From Balanoglossus misakiensis (Eukaryota > Animalia > Hemichordata), in the NCBI GenBank assembly GCA_040954595.2, contig CM082583.2, forward strand, positions 10,987,656-11,051,655: a DNA stretch of 64,000 nt, written 5' to 3'. The notes under the pieces were generated by a model. The model ran no database searches, had not been told where the DNA came from, and was given only the letters and a program-made list of their open reading frames with translations. Position 1 is the first letter of the stretch. The number at the start of each line of letters is the position of its first letter. Both the position numbers and the translations under genes were made by a program. This document shows positions 26,601 through 40,600 of the stretch, piece by piece.

Positions 26601-29600
26601 AAGTCAAGCTTCGCTCCCTTTTACGACACAGCCGTTTTATTCTGTTAAGAACGCGTAACCCTTGGAGGGCAGACTTGATTAATCAGAGATCCATTCTCCG
26701 CTGCTGTATGTAGCCATTGGAAATATTAATCACGCAAATTGGCAAGAAATCAAATTAATATGATTTTAACGCCCGAGGCACATTGACTCAGTTGCCCGTA
26801 TTTCCACTACAACTGCCACAGAGGTATGTTTTCATTTCAACTCAAGGCAAAAGAAAGATATAAATCAGTACTTCTGTTCACTTTCACTCCTCGGATATAT
26901 CCATTGAATATTTTGATTGGCGCAGTAAATACTGACCTTGTTTATTTCGTATTTACTTTGCCAATGGTCTTACGAGGCTTGTGGTATTCTAATGCATTTC
27001 CCGTTGGAGGGACCGTGGTTCGATATAATTCTGTGTTGATGGGTGGTGGTCGTTGCAAAAAGAGTAAATAAATAATAAATAAGTATTGACGCGCGTGCAC
27101 AATGAGAATTATCCACCGTTGACCGATGTTTCAGATCAAATGAAATATTACAATTTAAAGACCGAAACAACACAACACTACCCAACACAACTCAACACAA
27201 CACAACACAACACAACACAACACAACACAACACATTGCACAAGTGTTATTTTTATTTCTAATTAGGGCTCTCCATTTCAACGGTAAAAACAAAAGGATGT
27301 CCCCCACAGAGAACTTTGCTCACGGGTTGAACGTCTTTTCCATTGTTGCGACGTCGAATTATTTCCTTGAGGGCATTGTCATTATCGATCCCTTCCGCGA
27401 TCTGTGTAGACCGAAGGGCGTTCTCTTTCAAGACACAGCTTCAATGGCGACAGTCACTGTTTCTCAATCCTGGTATAATTTTTTTCATCGATAATTCAGC
27501 CTTTGCTGCTAGACCAGGTGATCTATCATTGATAAAAAATGGCTGCGCGTCTCGTTCGGGTTTTTGAGTACAAAAGTGCAAGACCACGTCCACATACGCG
27601 ACATTCAAACACCGATATCGTCAATGTTCTTGAACCATCACAAACTAATCGACGTGTCTGAGAACGCTTATGTAACCCACGAGTAAATGCCACCCGCAGG
27701 TGTTTTGAATGTAACGGTCTGTTTTGAGGTTGGCTGAACGTCTTCTTTAAATACAAAACACCTGTTATCCAACAAACACGTTAGCTGTTCAAATAGTTGT
27801 TACGCGACTGAGAAGACGTTGAATATGACTGGAATTCTTCTTTCACCTAGAAATACCACGAGATGATTGATTTTTAAACACAAAAATTCCTGGACTGCAA
27901 AGCTTGCTTTTAGATGGAACGGATCTACTTAGACAGGAGAAAATATTGGTTTGGTTTTCCCGCTAAAGCAACATTATAGAAATTCCTCTATATGAAGGTT
28001 ATACATGACTGTATATTTCTCAATTCCAAATCCAAATTATCTATCATCTCAGCACTGTTATGCATTTTTCATCAGCATAAGTTATGGAATAAAGTTTCCT
28101 CGCTTTACATAACAGATTTATCATCTCAAACCACTTCAAAATTGGCCATTTGCCTTTCGAATAATGTGTGGTAATTAATGTTCAGCGTTTCTGTGCCATT
28201 TTATCTTCCAGGGTGCAACGCGGCCGATGCGGAAGAGCGGCTGTTCAATAAATTATTCGCGGGTTACAACAGGCTTATACGACCGGTGGTCAATAACTCT
28301 GAAATCCTGACAGTGGCATTTGGTTTGAGTATATCACAGCTTATCAATGTGGTAAGTGTCTTTCCCTCGTCGAGTGGTGGCGCTGCCAACAACACCACAC
28401 CATCTGTATATACCACTATGGCGGCGAGGCACGACAGCTGCCCACTTCCAAAGCTAATGCTCTGCGCAGACGAGATATCAAAGAGAAACGGTTCCCCGGA
28501 GGTTACTTTAGTAAATTGAATTCTTACAAGTCGATGATGCCCTTTTAGCATTCACTCCGCACGACCATTGCGAATCGATGTCACTTTGAAATCAACGCAC
28601 GTTCGCGGACAAACCAACTGTAACTCGACTTTTACACACTTGACTGCAGTTTGAAAGGATTCACATGATCTGTAATAACTTCCGTTTAGAATTGCTCGAT
28701 TTATTTTCTAGATTTTATGTTCTATTTTTCAGTATCTCCCTCTGACATATTTATTACTGAGACAGTTTCTTCAGACGCAGTTCTGGATACTTTAAGTTTG
28801 TATTGTATACCAATACATATTTAACACAATTTCCCCTTTTTATTCCAGGACGAGAAAAATCAAATTATGACCACAAATGTCTGGCTAAAGCAGGTGAGTT
28901 GGCAAGTTTATGCGAGACCTTAAAGCCACGTTATCTTCATTGTATACGTAAGATTGAACCCATAAGTTAATCCGCGACCGTCTGTGGCGATTCTGAATAA
29001 GACATCATTAGCCGATTGAGTCATAAATGGTTGGCACACAAACTAAAGTAAGAGGGTCTGTGTGGTTCCAGCGATTTAACATTTCCAAGTCAGGCCCTAA
29101 CGAGGTTAGTGTGTTTGCCCCCAGTAGTTCAGTTTGACCCAGTGTAGAGAATCATTGCAGGCGTCTTCGAGCCTAATAGAGTCTATGACTTCACCATATT
29201 TAACTGTACACGCATGGAAGCAAGTACTCAAAGTCTCTCGCTTGCATTATGCCTCGTTAACTTTCCTGTGCTTGATTTCAAAGTACCCTTTCCCATTTTG
29301 TATTATTGCAGTCGTGGGTTGATTACAAGCTTCGATGGGACCCAGAGGAATTCGACGGACTCACCATTTTACGAATTCCATCACAGATGATATGGTTACC
29401 GGATATTGTGCTTTATAACAAGTACGGATGTTTTAGACCATTAAGTATAGTGTTTTCTCATATTCCGGCCCTAAAATCGCTGGCGTACCGACACACCTGA
29501 AAATATCTGAGAGAGAAACGATTTAAAAATGAGACGTAGCTTTGAATGGGATCTCGTTACAACGCGGACATTGTGATTTCAGTCATAATTGTGTATTGCT

Positions 29601-31183
29601 TTCATAAGATACGATTATGTGTACGAATTGAGAGATGATTGCCTGCCGCCAAGCACCAGGCTCGCCTCATCAATGAATCACCACTTGAACTCACTGGCTG
29701 TGCACTCGACGTAAATTTTTCGTTTCCATGAATTTGGGTTTGTTAGACAAGCTTTCTGTTACAGTAGGGTACTAAAAAACGTTGAAAATACTAAAAGTCA
29801 GCGTACTGACGCTGTATTTATTCACAGAAGATTCACAAAGCTTTATATTAAATCTTTGCGATAAAACTGACGGAGTTTATTTCTGCGGGTTTTTTTTTCA
29901 GTGCCGATGGAAATTACGAAATTACACTGATGACGAAAGCACTGGTTTATCCGGACGGAACAGTCTACTGGTTACCACCAGCAATCTATAAAAGTTCTTG
30001 CAAAATCAACGTCCGATACTTCCCGTTCGACGAGCAGCAGTGCATCATGAAATTCGGGTCTTGGACTTACGATGGATACTTGATCGACCTGGTGGCCATG
30101 GACGAGGATGTGGATCTGGAAGATTACTGGGAGAGCGGCGAGTGGGACATCATCGCTTCGCCGGGAACCAAGCACACTATCAAGTATCCGTGTTGCGAGC
30201 AGATATACACAGACATCACCTTCAACTTCGTGATCAGACGGAAACCGCTGTTCTACACGGTGAATCTGATCATACCTTGTGTTCTCATCTCGTTCCTGAC
30301 CGTGCTGGTGTTCTACCTGCCGTCCGACTGCGGCGAGAAAATCACGCTGTGTATCTCCGTCTTGCTGGCCCTCACCGTGTTTCTGCTGCTGATCGCCGAG
30401 ATCATCCCTCCGACGTCGCTCCTCATCCCCCTCATCGGCAAGTACCTCCTCTTCACCATGGTCTTGGTCACTCTGTCCATCGTCATCACCGTCATCGTGC
30501 TCAACATCCACCACCGGTCGCCAAGCACGGACACAATGCCCAACTGGGTGAAGAAGCTCTTCCTGGATATCCTGCCGCCGCTTCTCTACATGAAGCGGCC
30601 CGACAGCGAAGTGGACGACGACTACATGCCAAAGAGACGCGATAGCATGGAATTGAAGGAGCTTATGGTGAACGACATGGACAAGAAACGCAAAAACAGC
30701 GACATGTTTGATAATCTTAACTGTAGTGGTTACACTATGAACGCAATATCCGAAGAGCGAATTAGCAGCGGACAGGATTCCTCCGCGACGGGTTCGATGA
30801 GGCGGTCATTCAAAAACGAACTAAAACAGACAGCAGAAGGTGTGAACTTTATAGCTAACCATCTTCGAGATGAAGATGCGTTCGACAAGGTAAGTTTATT
30901 ACTTACGAAACTTGTCGAAATTAGGCCTACCCCAATCAATCAATTTTTGGAATGTCATAAACAGACACACCATGTTTCCGCATCCACGCACTTTTTTCGC
31001 ATGGCCGAGAATGACTTTCATTGTTTCCTTTTTGCCTTACAGGTTAGCGAAGACTGGAAATACGTTGCCATGGTTGTTGATAGGATATTTCTCTGGATAT
31101 TTCTCATCGCCGTACTTTGCGGAACAAGCGGTATAATTCTGTCAGCGCCGTTAATTTTTACGTCGTACACACCGCAGCAGTAG
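23687..31183 (+). CDS. Nicotinic acetylcholine receptor alpha-type subunit (neuronal heteromeric class), copy A, 489 aa; exons 23687..23732, 28212..28351, 28849..28893, 29312..29421, 29902..30889, 31043..31183
   Basis: Signal-peptide exon [16 protein letters not shown] has a phase-1 GTGAGT donor that matches the phase-1 acceptor at 28212 ([11 protein letters not shown]). Downstream motifs: [28 protein letters not shown], Cys-loop [22 protein letters not shown], loop C YPCC, M1-M3, GEK cation filter, M4 [17 protein letters not shown]. Exon sizes 140/45/110 are typical of 6-exon neuronal nAChR genes. Exon 1 is the least certain assignment. Confidence 0.95.
27167..27234. repeat. Pentanucleotide microsatellite (CAACA)n, imperfect at the 5' end
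   Basis: Directly visible in intron 1 of nAChR copy A. Confidence 0.9.
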
Positions 31184-34100
31184 TTATGATTGTTCAGTCG
31201 TGTGGCATCACTGAAGATAAAATTTCATAATTTTCACAAAGGATGGACATCTTATAAACAACGCCAAACCTTTAACGTGAATCGCTTTTCACTAAGATAT
31301 AATGCAGAAGCGCAGGAAAATGATTGAAGTGAAAAGCGCATGCGTTTTCAAAGATGGCCGACCTTTTTGACATCACCAATATGGCGCCCTTTAGTCGAAT
31401 TTGACTTGGGAATCCCGACTTGTCCAACGATGACCTTGCGCGATCACAAAACCTGAGTTGCAAATAGAAACATGGCAATATAATTTATGCGAAATCAAGA
31501 AATACGAAGAGCATAAGAAATCAATATTCACTACTGGAAGATTACAAATATTCAATAATATTAAACATGCAAATTAGGGGTCATTTGGATGTTTAATATC
31601 GTATGTTCTGATTTTTAGGGGTTGACCATTCAATTTTAACTTCGACATTTCTTGCGTTTGTGGTGTAAATATTATGTAACGATATTGATTACTTTTGTCG
31701 ACTAACATTTAGTTAAATTATCCTTTTAGGGAGGGGGGGGTCAAAATAACACTTAACCAAAGCAATACCTGTACGTGATTGAGATTTGCGATGGTAAGGG
31801 CGGATGTCGAGTGTGCGCGTGCGTGCAAGCGAGGTACTGTCATAAAATACCCACAACCACCTGGGCCAGAATCTAATGGCGACCGTCGGCCCAGAATTTC
31901 GTGATGTTAGAGTGTAGACATCTCATTAGGCACACATCATGTACATCTTGTATAGCTATCTGTAAAATAATTAAATATCAGTTTTGCGGGTTGCCAAACG
32001 ATATAAGAATATACTTTCATTCCTGTAATTTTCAACGCATTGTCTTTCTCAAGATGGCCGGATCACATTGAGTGTTTCAAGCATTAACGACATTTTCATC
32101 AGGGATATCTGCATTTCCATTCTTTTCTTTGAATATATTATTTGATTTATTAAGTTGTCTATAATTTCTGTCCACGTCATTGTTGCGTTCATCTTGAATC
32201 CGGACTTCTGATGCCTTTATTCAAGTCTAGTATTCCGACACAAACTAAATAACCTAGATAACCTGGTCGAATTTGACCTGACGAGATTACGTTAAGTGTG
32301 CTCGCATTCTTGTTTTGAGAAGAACAAATGTAGTATCAAATATGCAGTAAACGATGGCCAGATTGGTTCGAATATATCCGCAATCTTGTAGGTCATATTT
32401 GGTCGCGGATCGTCAGTTGAACATGCCAACTTGAGAATTTTCCTTTGACCTTTATAGATATTAGAGGTTAAAGGTGAAATGTGAGGGGTGAGTGTAAATG
32501 ATGTTTTAGACAAGGTTAGCAAAAATCTGCGTAACTTCTGTTAGATTCTGTGTAGCGTACAGTGTGACCGTTAAACTCCTCAAAACCACGAGTGTTTTTT
32601 TTTTCAAATAAGTTCTTCCATTAGTGTAACTGGACGTTTACTTGCTTTGTCACGTTTTCGCTTTGACTGATTTTTCTAACTTGTGGACATGTGTACCATT
32701 CCGATTATGAATATTAAACCATGGGCACGCAAACTGGTAGCAAACGATATACATCAAATTCAACCCGTGACATGAAATCGATTAACCTCGTTGAGATCGG
32801 TTGGAATTTCGAATTCACTTCTTTCTCAACCAAAGCAATAAAATTAAAGTTACCCACAAAAGTACACTTTAATAAAACCGGAAGCCTCTAAAAATATTGA
32901 TGGGTACTACATTTTTGCGATTGCCAGATAAAAAGCGCCCTCACATGTCAGTATTGTAATTGTGTTGATGTTAATGTCTCCTTTTTCCTCACACGTTCCA
33001 TACAGTTGTTCTTTTTGACGAATAAGAGTAAAATAATTAAAGTATATCTTTCCTATCAATTACTCTCTTTGTCTTATAATGTATGAGTGATTGAGTACTA
33101 GTGACCAATCACCGTATACGTTCAAGTGGCATGATTAATCAATACTGTGGACTGTTAGCATGACCCAGGAGACGCACTACCTGCATTATTTAATCTTATC
33201 CCACGTTTATTCTTTCCATACTTACACGGCCTATTCATTTACAAACACAAAAAGAAATAAATCCATCAAGTGCTGTCATTTCGGTCCAAAGTTTCTCCAT
33301 CAAAAGTTAAAATATTTAAATCATAGATATTATTCATGTTTAAACATACATGCCACTGCCCTGAGTAGATCTTCAGCTGTACATACATTTTTCTGCTAAT
33401 CATACGCGATTTCCATTCTACCTAAAACCTGTAAGGATAGTCGTCATGCAGAAGCACGTTTCTTTCTCTCTGGAAAATTTTATCTGATTGATATCAGGGA
33501 GATAATTAAAGCGAACGTCAATGTTATTAGATTTGATTAGCTTCATGGCCATTTCGTTATCTGGCCGAAAGCGTTTGCGTAATTTTAGCTGAGAATTTCC
33601 CTTTTGAGATCAGTATCAGTACTTTAAGCAAATGAAGTTTGACATCAGTTTCTTTTTATGTCAATTACGGAGATTAGGACGATATACATGTACTCCCATC
33701 GTACACACATTAGCTGTCTGTGCATCCGTTCCAAATATTTATCGAGAAGTTAATGGTGTAAAGTGGGGGTGGAGTTGCAGGGTTCGGCCGCTTCCAGATT
33801 TACATTGAGAGCCGATCGACACCGTTACGTAATACATGTATGCATGTATAACATGACCAGGTGTTACTACCAACGTGCTAGCCAATAAAGGTTGGTGTTA
33901 TTCAACGCCAATATCCCTGCAGAACCTCCTCCCGATTTGCGCAACTTGCAGGAAGTGAACCAAGATGACCAATCACCTTCATTGATCCATGGATGTATCA
34001 CCTTAAATACTACATAGCGATCAAATTCCTTGTTTTACGGTCAGGGATTTCTGAACAAATGCGCACTTCACAGCGGATGACATCCGAAGGCTGCAGTTTG

Positions 34101-34693
34101 TCCTTATTTACGACTCGAGGCCATCTCTTACACAACGGTGACTCAAATGAACGCACTGATTAATTTTAATCCAAGTACAACAATTCACACATCGACTGTA
34201 AAACGCGTTAATTATTTGTGGATTCGGGATTTCCATGGTAACGCGTTCGGGGGAAACAATCATTCCTGACATGAACACTTGTTTCAATATCTCAGAATCA
34301 CTGGGCAAGAGTTCAAACCCGGGGAGAACTACATTCGTCTTATCTGTCGGTGACAGACCAAGGAAACAAATTGAAGGGGGCCAGTGGCTGCATGTGTGCT
34401 GCACGCGAAACTAATTATTCAATTTGGATGGCTGAGGAAGAAAACGCTGCCTGATGCCTCTTACTGTAAGCGACACACGTATGGGGTTGATTGCTCCCGC
34501 AAGACCCGCGTTTAACGCCAGACATGCGTAGACGACCGCGGCAACCTTAATTTAGTAAATTGACTACGATTTGTGCACATGACTTGTCAAGCCGATAAGA
34601 GCTCTCGCTTTCTCGGAACCATTGAGGGTTTTCTGCCCGGGAAACTTTCTTCTCCTTGCTTTCGCGCGGAGGCCAGGGCGTGAACGCACGGCC

Positions 34694-37600
34694 ATGTTTG
34701 TCGGACACTGGGCCAGAACGGCTCTGACGCTGTTTCTTTCGCTGAAAGGTAAGTCCGACGCCACATATTTCATTTTGCACACTGAGGTTTTCTCGTCTGC
34801 AGTCGCCCCTCTCTCAATGCATGTATCGTCTGTCTCCGTCGTTTAAGCAGGTGTCGTTTATGTTTCACTCATCATAGATTGGCGATTTATCAACAAGGGT
34901 ATAGATTTTCTGACGGCCCATTTGTCAGACAAACACGAAAAGTAATACCCTGCTCTGCGCGTGGAATGACAAAAATTGAACCTGACAACTCGCTTGAAAA
35001 GTATCCGTCACACACTGATAATTCAAAAATAATCTTAGTGGAATGAAGTCGAGGAATGCAAGGAAGACTAGGACGCAACTGCAGCGTCAGTACATAAACC
35101 ACCGACTCGAGTTAATTGATATTTTAATTATTATCTCCATACGCCTCGCACCTGGCTTATTCACAGTGACAGTTAGGAAAGACCAGAAGGGTCCGCAGAA
35201 GGTTTGAACACAGCTATTGTGAATTGCGATGCTCGTCGTTCACCCAGTCGTAGAGTCTGGGTCTGTCGGTATCCGCTAAGACCCATCATCAAAGATCAAC
35301 TCAATCATCGTTTCTGACACGGATCCTGAGCGTTTGCAATCTTCCGTCGTAGAACAGCCCGGCATACAGTTTCCGCCGGACTGTGTGTTCGTAACCGACT
35401 ATCAACAATTTGTCTGATATACATTGATTATAATACCGCGGGAGTTCTGAAAAGAAATTTCTACCTAGCAAAAAACAATGTTGTTCTGATAATCTCGTCG
35501 ACCAACATTACACTAAAAAATTACACTCGGTTATTTGTTATTTTCTTGTTTCCTGCATGATAAACGCCCGGGGCTTAGATTTTAAACATGGAACGCCGTA
35601 ACCTTGAGTGATCCGAATCGATTGACTTATTAATGTAGCACAGAAACGGAAAATCTGTAAATGACGGATGAAGGTGACATTTCTACAAATGATAAGGTGT
35701 TACTCTCGCGAGTTAGGGATCAACAAAAAAGTGTGTTCCTTTTACCGCACTGACAGTGGTGGGTATCAAAGAACTTCAGTATACTAATCGCACAGCTTTG
35801 AATGAAGAACATTCGGAATTGATTTATCCTGTTTTCACGGGGTGGTCATCCATTGGACAAACCAATTTTATTTCTATATCTGAACGCTTAATCAAATTCT
35901 AATTTGACAAAACAAAGCAATGCAAAGTCACGGATTATTCCATGTCACGGAATATAATATTTACGTTCAGCTATGACTAATGCTATTCATAAGGCGAATT
36001 GGATTCATGTTTTGGCATTCTGTGCCACAGTACGGTTAGTCTATCGTTTCACTTTAATCCGCACTGCACTTGAGATTTTGGGGAAATCCACCCCGCGCCT
36101 TGGGAACGAGGCCGGGCCTAGTAACCGGGTTGTAAATCAGACGCGATGGCCGCTTTCACATGACATGGACAGTTTTAAGTAAACCAAACACGCCATTTTG
36201 TCTGGTGAATGACACCCGATCGAAATCATTAAATTGACTCAAATTATCCCCTTAATTAACGAAACAATAAATTCTCTGCGAAGAGAAGTCTATACGTAAT
36301 TATTGACACAGACAAATTTAAACCATCCCTCGCTGAACATGCATGGTTGACCAGCCAATCACAAGGAAATCGGGAAGAAACAACCACGAGAACAAAGAAC
36401 AATTTCTGACATTATTCGGCAGGATCAATAACCATGTAGACTGTTTTATTTCCTATTTTGACAATTACTGTCAATTTCCACCTGAGCTTTGTGCGGCGGG
36501 GATAAGCGAGACATTTCTCGTTGTTAATTGAAAGCAACCATCCCCAAAACCCTGTCGGGATCTAGCAAGCTTGCACTGCAATCAAACTGGGCTTATTTTA
36601 TACGACTTTCCGTAGCGAAGTAATTTTGAGACTGTCACTTCTCATGAATAATTCAGAACAATGTCAACCGGGATCGTTGTCGGAGTTTGAGTTTGAGAGC
36701 GGTTAAGGCCATTTTGTATGAAACATTGATTCCTCACACAGTTTCAACAGCTTTCAGACAAATAACTTAAATTTATAGATCATCGTAAACTTAATAATTA
36801 TAGCTGATGAAATGTGCTATGATTCAAAAGCGCCCTGTCTTCGGAATGAACACAGCCAAATCGGAAGCCGATCCTTGTAACCGTGCATTAAAAACTGGAG
36901 AAACAGAAGGAGGGGACTACTGATAATTTAAGGCCCACCAATATTGGCAATCATTCGTGTCAGAGGCAAAGTCTGATCGAAACAGTTATTAACTCGCAAT
37001 CAAAGTTATCCATGTGCAAAGTTTCAATTTCGTATACGAGATCATAAACTAACACAGATATACATATTACGTGTAACCAATTTAACTTTGGATTACGACT
37101 ATAAGTGATCTTTTCCGGCGCAAGATAACTGCCATGTCAAATTTATAAAAATTGGACGAACACCCGAAGTTTGATGTAATGAAATATAGCATGCAGTTAT
37201 TCATGAATTATACAACGCAATATGACAACAAACACGTGTTTGTCTGAGATTGAGCCAGGATGCGTTGGAGAGTTACCCAAGAATGAGTGAGTGAGTGAGT
37301 GAGTGCATGAGCGAGTAAGCGCCAGGAAGGACGCATGGAAGTAATTCTTTTTCCTTTCTCAGTTTGTTTAGCAGCAGAAGCTGAGGAGAGACTCTTCACT
37401 CGCCTTTTGACTGGCTACAATAATTTGGTTAGGCCGGTGCGGAACGTGTCCGAAGTTCTGACGGTGGCGTTCGGATTGACCATTTCGCAGTTAATCAACG
37501 TGGTAAGTAAGTGAGCTTGCCACCTGTGTCATTACTTGGCGTCAACAGCCATAACTCATGCATATTTCATCCCTCGCCGTTTGACTTCCGTTTCCGAGAT

Positions 37601-40600
37601 TTATGGCTGTTTTATGCCAGCTAATCATGTGTGAACTTGCCACGTCGATTTCAGGTGCTTTATGCAAGTGCGTGTCATTTGTGTTTCGCCACAAATGTTG
37701 ACAATATCTTCACATTCCAACTCTCCCCCCCCCCCGATGCGTTAACCTCTTTGAGGGTGTCCATGATTGTATTGACGTCAGCGTTATGTAAAATCATACT
37801 CACTGTCGGCCTTGCTATCGGTACGACAAACTCGACATCAAAGACCTCTCGCACCCCCTGCAGGATTTTTATTCAAATCTTTGCTCACAATCAGTGGGCT
37901 TATTGAGAGCTAATGAACACAGAAAGACACACTATTCATAACCAATCCGCATTTTTCACATTTACGAATTGCATTGCAATAGTTTGGTTTGTTCTGCTCT
38001 TTCTGAATTCTTCACTTTGCTCTTCTAATTGTCAAATCTCGTCCCACTGTAACGACTAACGTTACAAACCACCAGAAGTTTTAAATCAAGCTTCCTGAAA
38101 ATGTCTGTCCCCGGATCCACCATGACAGTCTAGGGCTAACGACCTTTTTCGCAGCGATTACGGTTCCAATACTTCCACTGAACTCCCATTCCGTTTCAGA
38201 GACAATAACAATTGGAACATCGATATTTAAATGAATGCAAAATTAATGCGCCGAGCGAAAATCAATCTTTGTTTTACCATGAAAATAATTACCTCGGTAT
38301 TTGATTGTCATTACTGCAGCTGTGTAAATGAAATCACCGCGTCTGAATTGTAATGAATATTTATTGATTTTCTTTTCGCGGAATTCAAGGCGATCTGGCA
38401 CACACAAGGTCATTACGTCATCATCTCTTCATACACCAGGCGCAGCAGTGCTTGCCTGATGGAGAGATTTTCAAGGTGGCGGTTGATTAAAATGATAGGG
38501 ATAGTCACAGATGCACTGGAATTCAAAAAGCAGAAGAGAAAAAACGCGCCGCGTGGAAACTCCGTTTTCTTTACGTAGTAGCAGTGCTTGTTCACGTTAA
38601 CAGTCACCTCTCCCCATAGTCAAATTTATTTAGGGATTAAATTCCAATTTGTGTGGAAGCGCGTTAGTAATTTACACCTGCGTGCCAAGTGTTGGTAAGG
38701 ACTCTTACATTGATCTCAGACAAGTCATAAAAGAAAATAAAGACACTCTCTCAACTGTCTGAGTTTTGACGTTGTTGTCTTTTATAGCATGTAAACCTTG
38801 ATTAACAAAACAGTTCCTGGGTCCCAATTTCACGCTTGGTTGATTTAATATCATTTATGTAAAATATGGCGCGCTGCTTCTATCAATCTGACCCGGATTT
38901 TTCTGTTTTCTTGCCTTTAGGATGAAAGAAACCAAATTATGACAACAAATGTCTGGCTTAAACAGGTAAGACAAGATTTGTTATTATTTTTTGTCCATAA
39001 ACCGTAAATTCTAGTTCGGTTGTCGATTTTTTGCTAAAGGCATGCACTGGATCATTTGTTCGCGAGTTAAACAGTTGTGACGGTTTTAGAATCATTAAGA
39101 CATGATGGCAATTTTAAGTCTGGAGAAAACTTTTTTTAACGGCAGAAATAAATATTAGGAGCACAATTGCAAAGGTTAACGGCCACTCACTGACATTTGC
39201 AACTGACTTAGTGCATTAACACTATCATCAAATATTGCAGGTCAAATTATGTACTGCATCACCAAGTTTGAAGCTTAATTATATTCAAATACATGCAGCA
39301 TAAATTGGCTTTCATCCCATAAAGCCCGCAATGGGTCATCTTTTACTGTCAGTAATATGGTCAGACTCGACATCAATCATCAAATACACAAACCAGAAAA
39401 AAATTAATCAAAATTTGCTTCGGGGTTGATTTAGACTTGATTAAAAACTTCTTAATTACATAAAAGGGGTCTGTGGTCGTTAAAATCGGAAGTTTGTCGC
39501 CGGAGGATTTCTGGGGCTTAATTAATTTAACTAAACGTCCTGGACTGAAGTTAATCGACCTCGTTGAGGAGTTGAACTGGAGTACGAAACTTCTACATGA
39601 TGACGATAGGTACGAAGCAAACACGGTTTGATTTACATTCACAGCAACACTTGTGTCTTTTATACAGCCGTAATCTCACTTCTGTCTTTCGAGCTCGACT
39701 TATTCCTTTAAGATGTTCCGGCTTGATAGGTCTTTTAAAAGTTGCTCACTGCACCAGAATATCTTTTTTTCCTTCAAAACTAAGTGTACGCGTAGACACG
39801 CTGGAATATGTCAGAACATAGAACCGTTTAGTGGTACGATTAAACCCAGCCGATCATATCTGGCGAAATGACTGCAGAATATCAATATGTTGTTTGCACG
39901 TTATCTTGGCGACTTTCTAATAGGCCCAATGATCATCAGCTCTATTCAAATGCGCAGATTACATCGTAGCGATCTTTTCCCGGACATTTAAAGCCATCTC
40001 GGGGAAATACAGCGCGTGGCGTCGCCGAAGCTACACGGGAAATCAATTAGGAGAATGACTCCCCAGTTGATCCGCGGGATAGATAGACCCAACGGTCGCC
40101 ATTTACGAACTCAGGGCTGCCAAAGTTTGAAAAGGCGCTTTGTTTTTAAACACCTTATGTTAGCTTTGATGAGTTAGTGGATGGGTGGGTGGATGGTGGA
40201 CGAACGAGCATTATGTTTGATATTTTGCCCATTTTCTCCCCTTACGCTCACAGGAATGGGTCGATTACCGGCTGAGATGGGATCCAAGCGAATACGGTGG
40301 CCTGAGTGTTTTACGCGTACCTTCCATAATGTTATGGCTTCCAGACATCGTGTTGTACAACAAGTAAGGGTATACGAGAGCTTCTGTGTGTAGTGTATGT
40401 GCACACTTCATTTTAACACCTTCCTTGGGAAGGCGACAAGTTGAAGGTCATGTTCTGATGGGTTGTTTACGTTACACTGCATACACAATCCAAGTCACAT
40501 TGGTTCAGGTCATAATGCATTTTGTTGAAAACAAACAAGTCTGCTAGAGTAAAGTGAAATGCATGCTTATTTTCATTCTGTGTCTGAATGAGCATTGCCC

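Noticed and set aside
29972-30645. Long antisense (180 aa) and alternative-frame (215 aa) ORFs over nAChR copy A exon 5, and likewise 42869..43633 over copy B
   Set aside because: Shadow ORFs caused by the strong C/G third-position codon bias of the real exon.
34289-34329. tRNA B-box-like GAGTTCAAACCC (similar motifs near 10615 and 20900)
   Set aside because: No cloverleaf and no convincing A-box; at most decayed SINE fragments.
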